Shown here one piece after another: positions 40,786 to 50,701 of a stretch of 64,000 bases of DNA. Source of the DNA: Methanomethylovorans hollandica DSM 15978. GTDB lineage: Archaea > Halobacteriota > Methanosarcinia > Methanosarcinales > Methanosarcinaceae. The notes under the pieces were generated by a model, which made no database searches, was not told where the DNA came from, and saw only the letters and a program-made list of their open reading frames with translations. Within the stretch, counting starts at the first letter, position 1; the number at the start of each line of letters is the position of its first letter. The DNA lies in contig NC_019977.1 of the NCBI RefSeq assembly GCF_000328665.1, forward strand, positions 372,001-436,000, given 5' to 3'. The position numbers were made by a program, and so were the translations under genes.

Positions 40786-41802
40786 ATGACGTTTACTATA
40801 TCTGCTCCCCCTCATAAAAAGTCAACCGTTTCGTTCAGATCAATTATGTGGAGCAAGGTACTGGCCCTTGTGCCCGTGAGCCTTATATCCATATATTTCT
40901 TCGGTATACCTGCCTTGAGTATAATTCTTATTAGTGTGCTCGCGGCAGTGGCAACAGAATTTGGTATTCAGACAGTGTTCAAACAGAATGTAACTATAAA
41001 GAATGGCAATGCGGTCCTTATAGGGCTCATGCTGGCTCTTTTGATGCCTCCGGAAGTTCCTTTATGGCTTCCTGTAGTAAGTTCTTTCTTTGCCATAGCG
41101 ATTGGTAAGCTTGCTTTTGGCGGTATTGGCTCCTATGTCTTTAATCCGGTATTGGCTGCCTGGATCTTCTGTAAGACTGCGTGGAGCGGTTTTATGACTC
41201 CTGCATCCACACCTCACATCGGGCAGTTATCTGATCTGTTGCTTGAACAAGGAGCAGGCTTTTTGGTTGAGGTATCCCCGATTGCTTTGATAGGTGGTGT
41301 GTACCTCATTTACAAAAGATATGTCGAATGGAGGATTCCCCTGGCCTTTTTCCTTACAATGGTCATCTTCCCTCAGGCTCTGAAAGTTTTGTCATCAATT
41401 ATCCAGCTGGCAAATGAAGGCGTACTTAATCCTTTGATGTACCTCTCACAATTATTTGGATTTTTGGACCTTAGCGGGGAGCTGAGGTATTCAATGATAG
41501 GTATTGTTTTCTTCGGTATACTCTTCATTGCTACAGATACTCCCTCATCACCGGTTTCCAAGAAAGGCCGTTTGATCTATGGAATAGTATGCGGTTTGCT
41601 GGTCTCTATCTATGGTTATTTTGCAAATTATGTGGAGGCGACATTCTACGGTCTGTTCCTTGCAAATTGTGTGGCATCTTTCATAGAAGTCAATACCGCT
41701 CCGGCCTCCTTCGGAACAGAAGGATTGCTTGGAAAATTGTATGGTCGTATAATTAACAAATTGCCTTCAGGCTTAAAGATGGAGGTGTTGTCAGATGAGT
41801 GA
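40786..41802 (+). CDS. rnfD: Rnf complex subunit D
   Basis: KLAFGGIGSYVFNP, FIATDTPSSP. Confidence 0.93.
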   Translation: MTFTISAPPHKKSTVSFRSIMWSKVLALVPVSLISIYFFGIPALSIILISVLAAVATEFGIQTVFKQNVTIKNGNAVLIGLMLALLMPPEVPLWLPVVSSFFAIAIGKLAFGGIGSYVFNPVLAAWIFCKTAWSGFMTPASTPHIGQLSDLLLEQGAGFLVEVSPIALIGGVYLIYKRYVEWRIPLAFFLTMVIFPQALKVLSSIIQLANEGVLNPLMYLSQLFGFLDLSGELRYSMIGIVFFGILFIATDTPSSPVSKKGRLIYGIVCGLLVSIYGYFANYVEATFYGLFLANCVASFIEVNTAPASFGTEGLLGKLYGRIINKLPSGLKMEVLSDE

Positions 41803-42364
41803 TGGTAACAAAGAATTTGCTGTTGTGGTAGGTAAACTTGTAATTATATCCATAGTGGCTGCTGTGCTTCTAGGTATCACATATGTGCCCACTCAGGCAC
41901 AACTTCAGAAGAATCAACAGGAAGCGATGAATCTGAAGCTTCTGGAAGTAATGCCGGATGCAACCTTTGAGCCTGTATATGGGGATCAGGTGAACGCTGA
42001 GACAGGTGAGAAGGAAATTATATATTACCGTGCCAAAGATGCATCTGGAAACTCCATAGGATATACATTCTTATCTTCAGAAACGGGTGCCAAGGGCGAT
42101 ATCGTCGTTGTAGGAGGTGTTGATTCCACATTCAGCACGATAACTGGAATGAGTATCCTGTCCCAGGAAGAAACCCCCGGTTTGGGATCAAAGATAAAAG
42201 AGGACGCTTTTGTGAACCAGTTCAATGCTCTCCCACTTAGTAAACTAAGTCTGTCAAGTTCTGGTGGATCCATTGATTCCATCACAGGTGCTACGATCTC
42301 TTCCCAGGCTGTAGTAGATGCCCTTAACTCAAAAGTCGAATCAATAAAAAGCAGTGAGGCATAA
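41795..42364 (+). CDS. rnfG: Rnf complex subunit G
   Basis: ETPGLG and the DSITGATISS FMNylation motif. Confidence 0.94.
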   Translation: MSDGNKEFAVVVGKLVIISIVAAVLLGITYVPTQAQLQKNQQEAMNLKLLEVMPDATFEPVYGDQVNAETGEKEIIYYRAKDASGNSIGYTFLSSETGAKGDIVVVGGVDSTFSTITGMSILSQEETPGLGSKIKEDAFVNQFNALPLSKLSLSSSGGSIDSITGATISSQAVVDALNSKVESIKSSEA

Positions 42365-42373
42365 GGTGAGATA

Positions 42374-42988
42374 ATGGATCCATTAAGTGAATTTATTCGA
42401 GGTATAACTAGGGACAATCCGACATTCGGGCTGGTACTGGGTCTTTGTCCCACTCTTGCAGTATCAACATCAGTAGAAAATGGTATAGGGATGGCAGCAG
42501 GCACTGCTTTTGTGCTGATATTCTCAAATCTCTTTGTATCGCTTGTAAGAAAAGTAACTCCATCGGAAGTCAGGCTCCCAGTGTTTATTATAATCATAGC
42601 AACATTTGTGTCGATTGTGGATATGGTTATGAAGGCTTTCTTTCCGCCAATGTATGCGGCACTGGGCGTTTTTATCCCGCTCATAGTTGTCAATTGTATC
42701 ATCATAGGTCGTGCTGAAGCTTATGCAAGCAAAAATAATGCATTCTACTCTGTGATAGATGCACTTGGAGTATCAACAGGTTTCCTCCTTGTTCTTATGC
42801 TCATAGGCGGTATCCGCGAGATTCTTGGTACCGGGCAGATAGTAACATTTGGACATACTCTCATAAGTCTTCCAGTAAATCCATCTGTTACCACAATGAT
42901 CCTTCCGGGCGGTGCTTTCCTGACAATCGGCATATTGATGGCTATAATCAATTACCAGAAAGAGAAAAAGCGTGTGAGGGGTGAATAA
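42374..42988 (+). CDS. rnfE: Rnf complex subunit E
   Basis: LGLCPTLAV, IPLIVVNCIIIGRAE. Confidence 0.95.
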   Translation: MDPLSEFIRGITRDNPTFGLVLGLCPTLAVSTSVENGIGMAAGTAFVLIFSNLFVSLVRKVTPSEVRLPVFIIIIATFVSIVDMVMKAFFPPMYAALGVFIPLIVVNCIIIGRAEAYASKNNAFYSVIDALGVSTGFLLVLMLIGGIREILGTGQIVTFGHTLISLPVNPSVTTMILPGGAFLTIGILMAIINYQKEKKRVRGE

Positions 42989-42990
42989 TA

Positions 42991-43578
42991 ATGGTGGAGA
43001 AAGCACTGTTCACAATTTTCATGGAAGGCCTATTCCTTAATAACTTCCTGCTAGTACAATTCCTCGGTCTCTGTTCCTTTGTGGGTGTGACAAAGGATGT
43101 TAAGAGTGCTGGGGGTATGTCAGGTGCTGTTATCTTCGTGATGACAATTTCCGCTCTCGTATGTTATCCATTGTATGCTTATCTATTAGTCCCGCTGAAG
43201 TTGGAATTCCTTGGGCTCATTGCCTTTATCGTTGTAATTGCAGCTCTTGTCCAGCTTGTTGAGTTCATTGTGAGGAAAAAGATTCCTGCACTGTATCGCT
43301 CCTTAGGCATTTATTTACCTTTAATCAGTACCAACTGTGCAGTGCTTGGTGCTGTACTGTTAAATGTAAGTTCAGATTACAATTTTATTCAGAGTGTGCT
43401 GTTTGCTTTCTCTGCAGCCCTTGGCTATACAATTGTGATGTTAATGATGTCAGCTATAAGGGAGCGTTCTACACTTGTCAGCATCCCAACGGCAATAAGG
43501 GGTCTTCCACAGGCATTCCTATTGGCTTTAATGCTATCAATGGCGTTTGTTAATTACTTCTGGGTGATACCTGTATGA
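42991..43578 (+). CDS. rnfA: Rnf complex subunit A
   Basis: FLGLCSF, LPLISTNCAVLG. Confidence 0.95.
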   Translation: MVEKALFTIFMEGLFLNNFLLVQFLGLCSFVGVTKDVKSAGGMSGAVIFVMTISALVCYPLYAYLLVPLKLEFLGLIAFIVVIAALVQLVEFIVRKKIPALYRSLGIYLPLISTNCAVLGAVLLNVSSDYNFIQSVLFAFSAALGYTIVMLMMSAIRERSTLVSIPTAIRGLPQAFLLALMLSMAFVNYFWVIPV

Positions 43579-44381
43579 ACCTTACAACTTTACTAATACA
43601 ATCTGTAGCCATCCTTGGTGGCCTCGGCATTGCAGTGGGTGTTATGCTCATGGTTGCTTCCCGTAAGTTCAAAGTGGAAACTAATCCTCTTGTGGACGAA
43701 ATTCTTAGTGTGCTGCCGAATGCCAACTGTGGAGCATGTGGTTATGCAGGCTGCTCTGACTTTGCACAGCGCGTAGTGAATGAGAATGCACCTATCAATG
43801 GTTGTCCAGTTGGCGGATTTGAGGTTGCCAAGCAGATAGGCGGGATCATGGGGCAGGAAGTGGCAGAGGGAGAAAAAGAATATCCCTTTGTGCTCTGCAA
43901 CGGTGGAGTGAATTGCATCAACAGGTTCGAATATGTGGGTATCGAGGACTGTAAGGCTGTGATGATGCTATCGGATGGAGAAAAAGGTTGTAATTTCGGC
44001 TGTATGGGTCGTGGTACTTGTGTACGTGCATGTCCATTTGGTGCTATGTCTATAGGGGAGGATAAACTTCCGCATGTTAATACGAATCTTTGCACAAGCT
44101 GTGGACTCTGTATATCGTCTTGTCCGAACGATATTCTTGTTTTTGCAAAGGAATCTGAGAAGGTGCATGTTAAGTGCCGTTCTCATGATAAGGGAAAGGA
44201 TGTTAAGGCTGCATGCACAGTTGGATGTATTGCATGTAAGATATGTGAAAAGAGCTGTCCAGTGCAGGCAATAATAGTTACTGATTTCCTGGCCGAGATC
44301 GACCAGGCTAAGTGCACTGCCTGTGGCATATGTGTGGAAAAATGTCCACAGCACACAATAGAGTTAAGAGGTGTACCATGA
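43575..44381 (+). CDS. rnfB: Rnf complex subunit B (polyferredoxin)
   Basis: LPNANCGACGYAGC and multiple CxxCxxCxxxCP motifs. Confidence 0.95.
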   Translation: MNLTTLLIQSVAILGGLGIAVGVMLMVASRKFKVETNPLVDEILSVLPNANCGACGYAGCSDFAQRVVNENAPINGCPVGGFEVAKQIGGIMGQEVAEGEKEYPFVLCNGGVNCINRFEYVGIEDCKAVMMLSDGEKGCNFGCMGRGTCVRACPFGAMSIGEDKLPHVNTNLCTSCGLCISSCPNDILVFAKESEKVHVKCRSHDKGKDVKAACTVGCIACKICEKSCPVQAIIVTDFLAEIDQAKCTACGICVEKCPQHTIELRGVP

Positions 44382-44716
44382 CATACAAGACATCTATCGG
44401 ATTGAACGAGAACGTTGTTGCAGCTTTATGCTATATAGGTTTCTGGTTCACAGGCATACTTTTCCTACTAATAGAAAGGCAGAACAAGTTCGTCCGTTTT
44501 CATGCCATGCAATCAGTTCTGGTATTTATACCTCTGGCTCTGATTGTATTTTTGATTGGCTGGATCCCCTATTTTGGATGGGTGCTTGCTGATTTTGCAG
44601 GTTTCCTCTCTCTATTTTTGTTGCTGGCTTTCGTCATAATGGCATACAGGGGAGCGAAGTTCAAAGTACCTATCGTGGGCAAATATGCCTATGATTCAGT
44701 TTACAAGAACAAGTAA
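44378..44716 (+). CDS. DUF4870-like membrane protein, terminal gene of the rnf operon (RnfX-like)
   Basis: ENVVAALCY, FVRFHAMQS, KVPIVG; ATGA overlap with rnfB. Confidence 0.8.
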   Translation: MTYKTSIGLNENVVAALCYIGFWFTGILFLLIERQNKFVRFHAMQSVLVFIPLALIVFLIGWIPYFGWVLADFAGFLSLFLLLAFVIMAYRGAKFKVPIVGKYAYDSVYKNK

Positions 44717-44752
44717 AGATGTTGTGTTGCACAACATCTATTTTCTTATTTG
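44717..44752 (+). terminator. Terminator of the rnf operon
   Basis: Perfect 10-bp stem agatgttgtg-ttg-cacaacatct followed by a T-rich tract. Confidence 0.7.
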
Positions 44753-44844
44753 ATTTTCACGTTCTTCTATAGCTGGATTCGAAAGTTTAAAAAATACCTA
44801 TTGCTATCTATGCAATACTCATTTTCTGGAAGGGAGGTCAAATC

Positions 44845-45801
44845 ATTAAAGAAGAGATATGGATCGAAAAATACAGGCCTATGAGACTTGATGATATTGT
44901 CGGTCAAACAGAGGCAATAGCAAGGCTCAAATCCTATGTAAAGAGTCGAAACCTTCCACACTTGCTTTTCTCTGGTCCCCCCGGAGTAGGTAAAACAGCA
45001 ACAGCTGTTTCCATTGCAAAGGAGCTATTTGCCGATTCATGGAGAGAGAACTTCACTGAATTAAATGCATCCGACGAAAGAGGGATCGATGTCGTACGCA
45101 CGAAGATAAAGAGCTTTGCTAAAACATCGCCAATAGGTGGGGCAGATTTTAAGATAATCTTCCTTGATGAGGCTGATGCTCTTACTTCAGATGCTCAGGC
45201 GGCGCTAAGAAGGACCATGGAGCGCTATACTAACAATTGTCGTTTTATTCTTTCTTGCAACTATTCTTCAAAGATCATAGAACCTATCCAGTCAAGGTGT
45301 GCAGTTTACAGATTTCGTCCTCTCTCGGATGATGCAGTGACCGAACGTGTGCGTTTTGTTGCCAGTAATGAAGGTATCGAAGTTGCAACTGACGGTATGG
45401 AAGCTATCAAATATGTAGCTCAGGGGGATATGCGCAAGGCCATTAATGCATTGCAGGCTGCTTCTCTTGTTGATAATGTAGTACACAAGGATACCATTTA
45501 TAAGATCACTGCCACAGCTCGTCCTGAACAGATCACAGATCTGATCAACACTGCCCTAAGTGGCAATTTCATGGCTGCACGCAAATATCTGGACGAGCTC
45601 CTTCTTGATCAGGGCCTTTCAGGTGAAGACGTGGTTGGGCAGATCTACCGGGCTATGTTCAATATATCCATTCCTCAGGAAAAAATGGTAGAACTCATTG
45701 ATGTCATAGGAGAGGTGGATTTCAGAATAGCCGAAGGAGCAAATGAAAGGATCCAGCTTGAAGCATTGATCGCACATTTTACATTAAGGGGAAGAAACTA
45801 G
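44845..45801 (+). CDS. rfcS: Replication factor C small subunit (probable ATT start)
   Basis: WIEKYRP lies upstream of the first ATG; GPPGVGKT, ELNASDERG, DEAD and QSRC motifs; ends in TAG. Confidence 0.95.
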   Translation: MKEEIWIEKYRPMRLDDIVGQTEAIARLKSYVKSRNLPHLLFSGPPGVGKTATAVSIAKELFADSWRENFTELNASDERGIDVVRTKIKSFAKTSPIGGADFKIIFLDEADALTSDAQAALRRTMERYTNNCRFILSCNYSSKIIEPIQSRCAVYRFRPLSDDAVTERVRFVASNEGIEVATDGMEAIKYVAQGDMRKAINALQAASLVDNVVHKDTIYKITATARPEQITDLINTALSGNFMAARKYLDELLLDQGLSGEDVVGQIYRAMFNISIPQEKMVELIDVIGEVDFRIAEGANERIQLEALIAHFTLRGRN

Positions 45802-45802
45802 A

Positions 45803-46309
45803 ATGGCAGTTGTTCAATTACTCACAAATCTTTTTGACAGTTTTCCTCACTGGCTCGCAACCATTCTGATAAGTTGTTTACCTGTGGCTGAACTCAGAGG
45901 TGCCATACCAATTGCACTGCTTCAATATCAAATGCATCCGGTAGAAGCCTATCTTCTTGCGGTTATAGGTAATATGATACCGGTTATACCTCTTCTGTTA
46001 TATCTGGAGCCGGTGTCCAACTATTTACGCAGGTTCAGGTTCTGGAACAAATTCTTCGATTGGCTTTTTACCCGTACTCGCCATAACCATTCGGACACCT
46101 TTGAAAAATACGGCACTCTGGGGTTAGCTATCTTTGTAGCCATTCCACTGCCGGCAACAGGTGCATGGTCCGGATGCGCAGCAGCCTTTGTTTTCGGTAT
46201 AGGCTTCAGGCATGCGCTTATGGCTATAACCGCAGGTGTCCTTATTGCAGGTGTGGTGGTAACAGCAGTTACCTTAGGTGGCATCAGTCTATCTACTCTG
46301 TTTAGGTAA
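45803..46309 (+). CDS. COG2426 / small multidrug export-like membrane protein
   Basis: PVAELRGAIP, FVAIPLPATGAWSG. Confidence 0.88.
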   Translation: MAVVQLLTNLFDSFPHWLATILISCLPVAELRGAIPIALLQYQMHPVEAYLLAVIGNMIPVIPLLLYLEPVSNYLRRFRFWNKFFDWLFTRTRHNHSDTFEKYGTLGLAIFVAIPLPATGAWSGCAAAFVFGIGFRHALMAITAGVLIAGVVVTAVTLGGISLSTLFR

Positions 46310-46324
46310 AAAAATTAAACTGTA

Positions 46325-46549
46325 TTATTTGAACATTTTCTTGGAAAGCATATCCTTTGCCAAGGCAATGTCCTCGGATTTTACAGTTTTTCTTCCTGCA
46401 TGTTCAGCCAGCTTGATCGCTTCTCTTGAAATGTCCAATCCGTAATCTTCGAGTATTTCAGAAAGAGCTATTGCTGCGGATTCACTAACCCTGTGAGATC
46501 CAGCACTTCTGATAAGCCTTTCTATCGGTGCAAGTGGTATTATTGTCAA
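46325..46549 (-). CDS. Archaeal histone (HMf family)
   Basis: PLAPIERLIRSAG...RVSESA...AEHAGRKTVKSEDI. Confidence 0.95.
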   Translation of the reverse strand: MTIIPLAPIERLIRSAGSHRVSESAAIALSEILEDYGLDISREAIKLAEHAGRKTVKSEDIALAKDMLSKKMFK

Positions 46550-46775
46550 TTTTTGTCCTCCTTAATATGCTAATTTAAGATTAGATCCTTATTAGATATT
46601 TGATTAGAAAAATAAATTATAAATAGTTATCTTAGATGATTTATGTCGGATTAATGTCTTTAAGTATTGAACCAGGATTAATTAAGGCAAATATGCTATA
46701 AATAATACACCATTAACATCATAATCTATGATTTGTGGTATGTTGGTTCAAAAAATGAGTTGATAGTGTGTGCTA

Positions 46776-47219
46776 TCACTCTGTTACTAGTTTCTTAAGT
46801 TTAATGGCAATATCCTTGCCAAGGCGCTGGCATTCCTTTATATCCTTCTCTTCAGGAATATACTGTATCCTGAGGACCGGATCGATTACTTTCATGCCAG
46901 CTTCCCTCATTTTTTCTGCTATGATTACAGGTGCTTCACCACTCCATCCATATGAACCAAATGCAGATCCTACTTTTCCTTCTACTCCTTCAGCTATTAA
47001 TGCATCAAGGAACTTTGAAATGGGTTCCAGCATTTTGTAATAAAAGGTCGATGAACCCACAGCTATGCCATCATAGCTGGCGGCATCTTTAGGTTCCCAT
47101 TCATAGAAGCTGTCAACCCTTACTTCTATATGTTTCTGCCTAGCTCCTTCAGCTATAGCTTCTGCCATCATCCGGGTGCTTCCCTGGGTGCTTAGATAAA
47201 CTATTGCGAGTTTTACCAT
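46776..47219 (-). CDS. Short-chain flavodoxin
   Basis: YLSTQGSTRMMAEAI, GSSTF, AFGSYGWSGEA. Confidence 0.9.
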   Translation of the reverse strand: MVKLAIVYLSTQGSTRMMAEAIAEGARQKHIEVRVDSFYEWEPKDAASYDGIAVGSSTFYYKMLEPISKFLDALIAEGVEGKVGSAFGSYGWSGEAPVIIAEKMREAGMKVIDPVLRIQYIPEEKDIKECQRLGKDIAIKLKKLVTE

Positions 47220-47384
47220 TAGATGATCCCCTGTTTTCTTATAAAGGACTTTTATGGAAATACTAGTTAAATCCCCTTTCAAATGGACCGTATTCTCTGA
47301 TAAACTTTTCCAGAAAAGCATATGATATGTTTATTGCCTATCAGGTATAACATGCACTACATTTCCGGTGCAGGGAGTTCATGG

Positions 47385-48686
47385 ATGAATGACAAATATG
47401 CGCTTCATATTGAAGAGCTGGCAAAGGCGCTTGATGGCATAGATCAAGATGATATAAAGAATGAGCTGGATAAACTTCTCAGGTTCCGTGTACCTCTTGA
47501 AGAAGCAAAACAAACTGTTTTAAATAAATTCAGCTCAAAAGAGGCTTCTGAAATAAAAATAAAGGATATTTCTAATGCACCAAAGAGTTTCACTTTGAAA
47601 GGCAGGATCACATCCGTCGAGAAAAAAAAATTTGTTCAGAAGGGTGAAACGGTGAACCTGTATTCAGGTAAGATTGTAGATGAAACAGGGGTTTGCCTGT
47701 TCACTGCCTGGGATGATTTTCATTTGAATGAAGGGGACATTATCAGGGTGCAAAATGCCTATATGAAGTTTTGGAACAATCGGCCAGAGCTTAATTTAGG
47801 ACAACGTTCTATTGTGGAAAAACTCCATGAAGATCCATCCATACCCAGAACTGAACAGTTTTTTACCCAAAACAAAAAGATCATCGAAATAAACTCATCT
47901 GATATGCTGGTAAGTTCACAGGGCGTAGTCACTGAAATGTACCACAGGGATGTCAACGTCAAAGGCAAAGATACTATTATAATAGAGGGTGTCATTGCAG
48001 ATGAGACTGGTAAACTTCCTTTTACATCGTGGGTGCCCATGGATGGAATAGATATTGGTAGCACTGTAAGTTTTAAGGCTGCGCACGTGAGACTTTTCAG
48101 AGGCATCCCATCTTTAAATATTGCTCATGAGACTTCATGGGAACTACTCCCTGATGACAAGTGTGTTTTTTCCAAAAATGATATTATAAAAGATGACCCC
48201 ATCTCTATACCTATTGCTTCTGTTCTTGAAAAGGATGGTCTTTTTGATGTAGTGGTCACAGGAAATATCATTTCCGTGCGTCCGGGCTCAGGACTAATTG
48301 AAAGATGTCCTTTTTGTAATCGTGTTATACAGAGCAATGTTTGCAGGGCACATGGTAATGTGGAGGGTGTCAAGGATATGAGGATAAAGATGATACTTGA
48401 CGATGGTACGGGAGCTGTCTATATCATGTTGAACAAAGAACTCTCGGAGACTGTTTATGGGAAATCTATGAACGAAGCTGAGAACATCATGAAATTATCC
48501 CTCTCAAAAGATGCTGTGTATGAGAGCATGAAAAGATCTTTGATAGGTGCTTATCTCACCGTAAGAGGCAATTCATCAAAGAGCGAGTTCGGTACGACTA
48601 TTGTTGCGAGATCTGCCTGGTTTACGGCAGATGATCTTCTTTCCCGTCTTGAGAGTATATTGTCAAAATTACCAGAGGATGTTTGA
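47385..48686 (+). CDS. Replication protein A (multiple OB folds, CxxC...CxxH zinc finger)
   Basis: DETG..FTAW and DETGKLPFTSW OB motifs, CPFCNR...CRAHG. Confidence 0.88.
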   Translation: MNDKYALHIEELAKALDGIDQDDIKNELDKLLRFRVPLEEAKQTVLNKFSSKEASEIKIKDISNAPKSFTLKGRITSVEKKKFVQKGETVNLYSGKIVDETGVCLFTAWDDFHLNEGDIIRVQNAYMKFWNNRPELNLGQRSIVEKLHEDPSIPRTEQFFTQNKKIIEINSSDMLVSSQGVVTEMYHRDVNVKGKDTIIIEGVIADETGKLPFTSWVPMDGIDIGSTVSFKAAHVRLFRGIPSLNIAHETSWELLPDDKCVFSKNDIIKDDPISIPIASVLEKDGLFDVVVTGNIISVRPGSGLIERCPFCNRVIQSNVCRAHGNVEGVKDMRIKMILDDGTGAVYIMLNKELSETVYGKSMNEAENIMKLSLSKDAVYESMKRSLIGAYLTVRGNSSKSEFGTTIVARSAWFTADDLLSRLESILSKLPEDV

Positions 48687-48690
48687 TATA

Positions 48691-49566
48691 ATGGCCGAGA
48701 GGGAAATAGCTCAGAGACTGTTCGCAAAAGAGTTCAATGGTTCTACTCTTAGTCTTACAAGTGTTCTTAGTGATGACTTTTCTGATATGAATTCTCCTAA
48801 TCTGCTGATCTCTCCTACAGGTATGCGTATTAACCGGGTTTTTGTGGTCGGAGTGATCACAGAAGTAGAGAATCTGGGTTCCGAAACGGGAAAAGAGCGT
48901 GATCTCTGGCGAGCTCGTGTGTCAGACCCAACTGGAGTTTTTATGCTATATGCAGGTCAATATCAACCGGAAGCTGCTATCTTTCTTTCAACCGTGGAAG
49001 TCCCATCCTATATTGCCGTAGTAGGTAAAGCGAGGATATATGAACCTGAAAAAGATTCGGTGTTCATTTCCATAAGGCCGGAAGAGCTCAACACTGTAGA
49101 AAGTAGCATCAGGGACAGATGGGTTGTAGACACGGCAGAATTGACATTAAAACGGCTTGACCTGCTTAGTGAGGTACTTTTAGACCCGAAGCATGGAGAA
49201 GATATGGCAGAGCCCTTGAAATCCGGGATCATAGGTTCTGGCTCAAGTGAAGCAATTTTGGATGCTATTGCATTCTATGGTACAGATCAGGACTATATCG
49301 CTGAGTTTAAACAAAGTTTGCGTACAATCCTTCTTTCCATTAAGGAAAATGCAGGTACAGAAATGCAACGAAAGGATAATACTGAAAATGTGATCTTTGA
49401 GCTCCTCAAAGAACTTGACAGTGGTAAAGGCGTAAAATATAGTCACCTGCTGAAAGAAGTGGAGTCAAGAGGGATCCCGGAAGAGGTAGCAGATGCAGGG
49501 ATACGGTCTCTCCTTGATAAAGGAGAGTGTTATGAACCCAGGCTTGGACTTCTAAAACTCATCTGA
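48691..49566 (+). CDS. RPA-associated OB-fold protein with a C-terminal winged helix
   Basis: REIAQRLFAKEF, NRVFVVG, DPTG, YAGQYQPEAA, GECYEP. Confidence 0.85.
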   Translation: MAEREIAQRLFAKEFNGSTLSLTSVLSDDFSDMNSPNLLISPTGMRINRVFVVGVITEVENLGSETGKERDLWRARVSDPTGVFMLYAGQYQPEAAIFLSTVEVPSYIAVVGKARIYEPEKDSVFISIRPEELNTVESSIRDRWVVDTAELTLKRLDLLSEVLLDPKHGEDMAEPLKSGIIGSGSSEAILDAIAFYGTDQDYIAEFKQSLRTILLSIKENAGTEMQRKDNTENVIFELLKELDSGKGVKYSHLLKEVESRGIPEEVADAGIRSLLDKGECYEPRLGLLKLI

Positions 49567-49574
49567 TAAGTTCC

Positions 49575-49895
49575 TTATTCAAATTCGATGCTGATGTTAC
49601 CTGAATTTTTTGCAAGCGTTTTGGATATAGTACCCAAATCCATCCTGCATACATGCATTATGCCGCATGGTACAAGACATGTGGAGCACCATTTTGCTTC
49701 CTTTACCTTTTGGAAGACCTGGTTGTCATTGTAAAAAGGTTCATATAATTCTTTTACCGGGATCTCCATATGTGAAAGCATTGCAACTTTCTTGCAAGGG
49801 GTCTCGATCTCAATAATCATGTTCTTGCCATCTACTTTGCCACTGATCTTATGGGTAAAACCACATATCCTGGAGTTTACTTTAACATCTGTCAT
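49575..49895 (-). CDS. Small Cys-rich hypothetical protein (DUF6951-like)
   Basis: ICGF, TPC and CSTCLVPCG pattern. Confidence 0.65.
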   Translation of the reverse strand: MTDVKVNSRICGFTHKISGKVDGKNMIIEIETPCKKVAMLSHMEIPVKELYEPFYNDNQVFQKVKEAKWCSTCLVPCGIMHVCRMDLGTISKTLAKNSGNISIEFE

Positions 49896-50051
49896 AATTG
49901 CACCTGATAATAATCTCCAATTACTGCTTATATATCTTTTTGTTCTCTTTTTAAGATAATTATCGGGAAGTAATAGTCCGGTATACTTAAATAATGAAAC
50001 ATTGACATAACAATCATCTTAAGTACAATAATTTTAAAAGGAGGCACTATT

Positions 50052-50642
50052 ATGCAGCGTGAAGAGATAATTGAAATGGTTCGACAGCGCCTCAAGGAAA
50101 TAAAAGGTGTAGGAGAAACCTATGTCCTTCTTGACGAGGACAGGGAAGTCATTAAGGAACTTGAGAAAAAAGCAGATGAAATGACTCTTATGGGTCTTGG
50201 CAGGGGTGATAATCGGGGTATTAAAGAAGTGCTCAAGAAAGATGTAGTCATTCCCTTCACTACAAGTATGGAATATGTATGGCCTTGTTGCCCTAATGTT
50301 ATCCTCATGCACCATGATCGTTTGGTTGGAGAAGATCTGGATGATCAATGCAAACTCAATGAATTGACAAACTGCAAGGATAACCTGATCATTGGTAACA
50401 TTGTGATCTATGATAAGGATCTGCTCAGGTCGATAGATTCTAAGAACGATCCACTACTTGTGGTGTTGCCACCTAAACCATGTCCTGAGGTAGAGGAATT
50501 GTCTCATATCTGTAATGTTGCTCTTGCTTCTCCATCTCCTCCGACTGATGAATACCTTAAACAAAAAATGGGTATTCAGCAGGTCCATGGTACGGGAACC
50601 TTCATTCTGGGTTTTGATTTTGAATGCTCCGGCGGGAACTGA
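50052..50642 (+). CDS. Hypothetical protein
   Basis: 196-aa ORF with a GGAGG ribosome-binding site. Confidence 0.7.
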   Translation: MQREEIIEMVRQRLKEIKGVGETYVLLDEDREVIKELEKKADEMTLMGLGRGDNRGIKEVLKKDVVIPFTTSMEYVWPCCPNVILMHHDRLVGEDLDDQCKLNELTNCKDNLIIGNIVIYDKDLLRSIDSKNDPLLVVLPPKPCPEVEELSHICNVALASPSPPTDEYLKQKMGIQQVHGTGTFILGFDFECSGGN

Positions 50643-50680
50643 AACCCGCTATTTTATTTTCAGTTACTTCTTAAAAAAGA

Positions 50681-50700
50681 AAGGCTGGCATTGCAGCCTT
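50681..50700 (-). terminator. Hairpin between convergent genes
   Basis: aaggctg-gcattg-cagcctt with T-tracts on both strands. Confidence 0.55.
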
Positions 50701-50701
50701 T

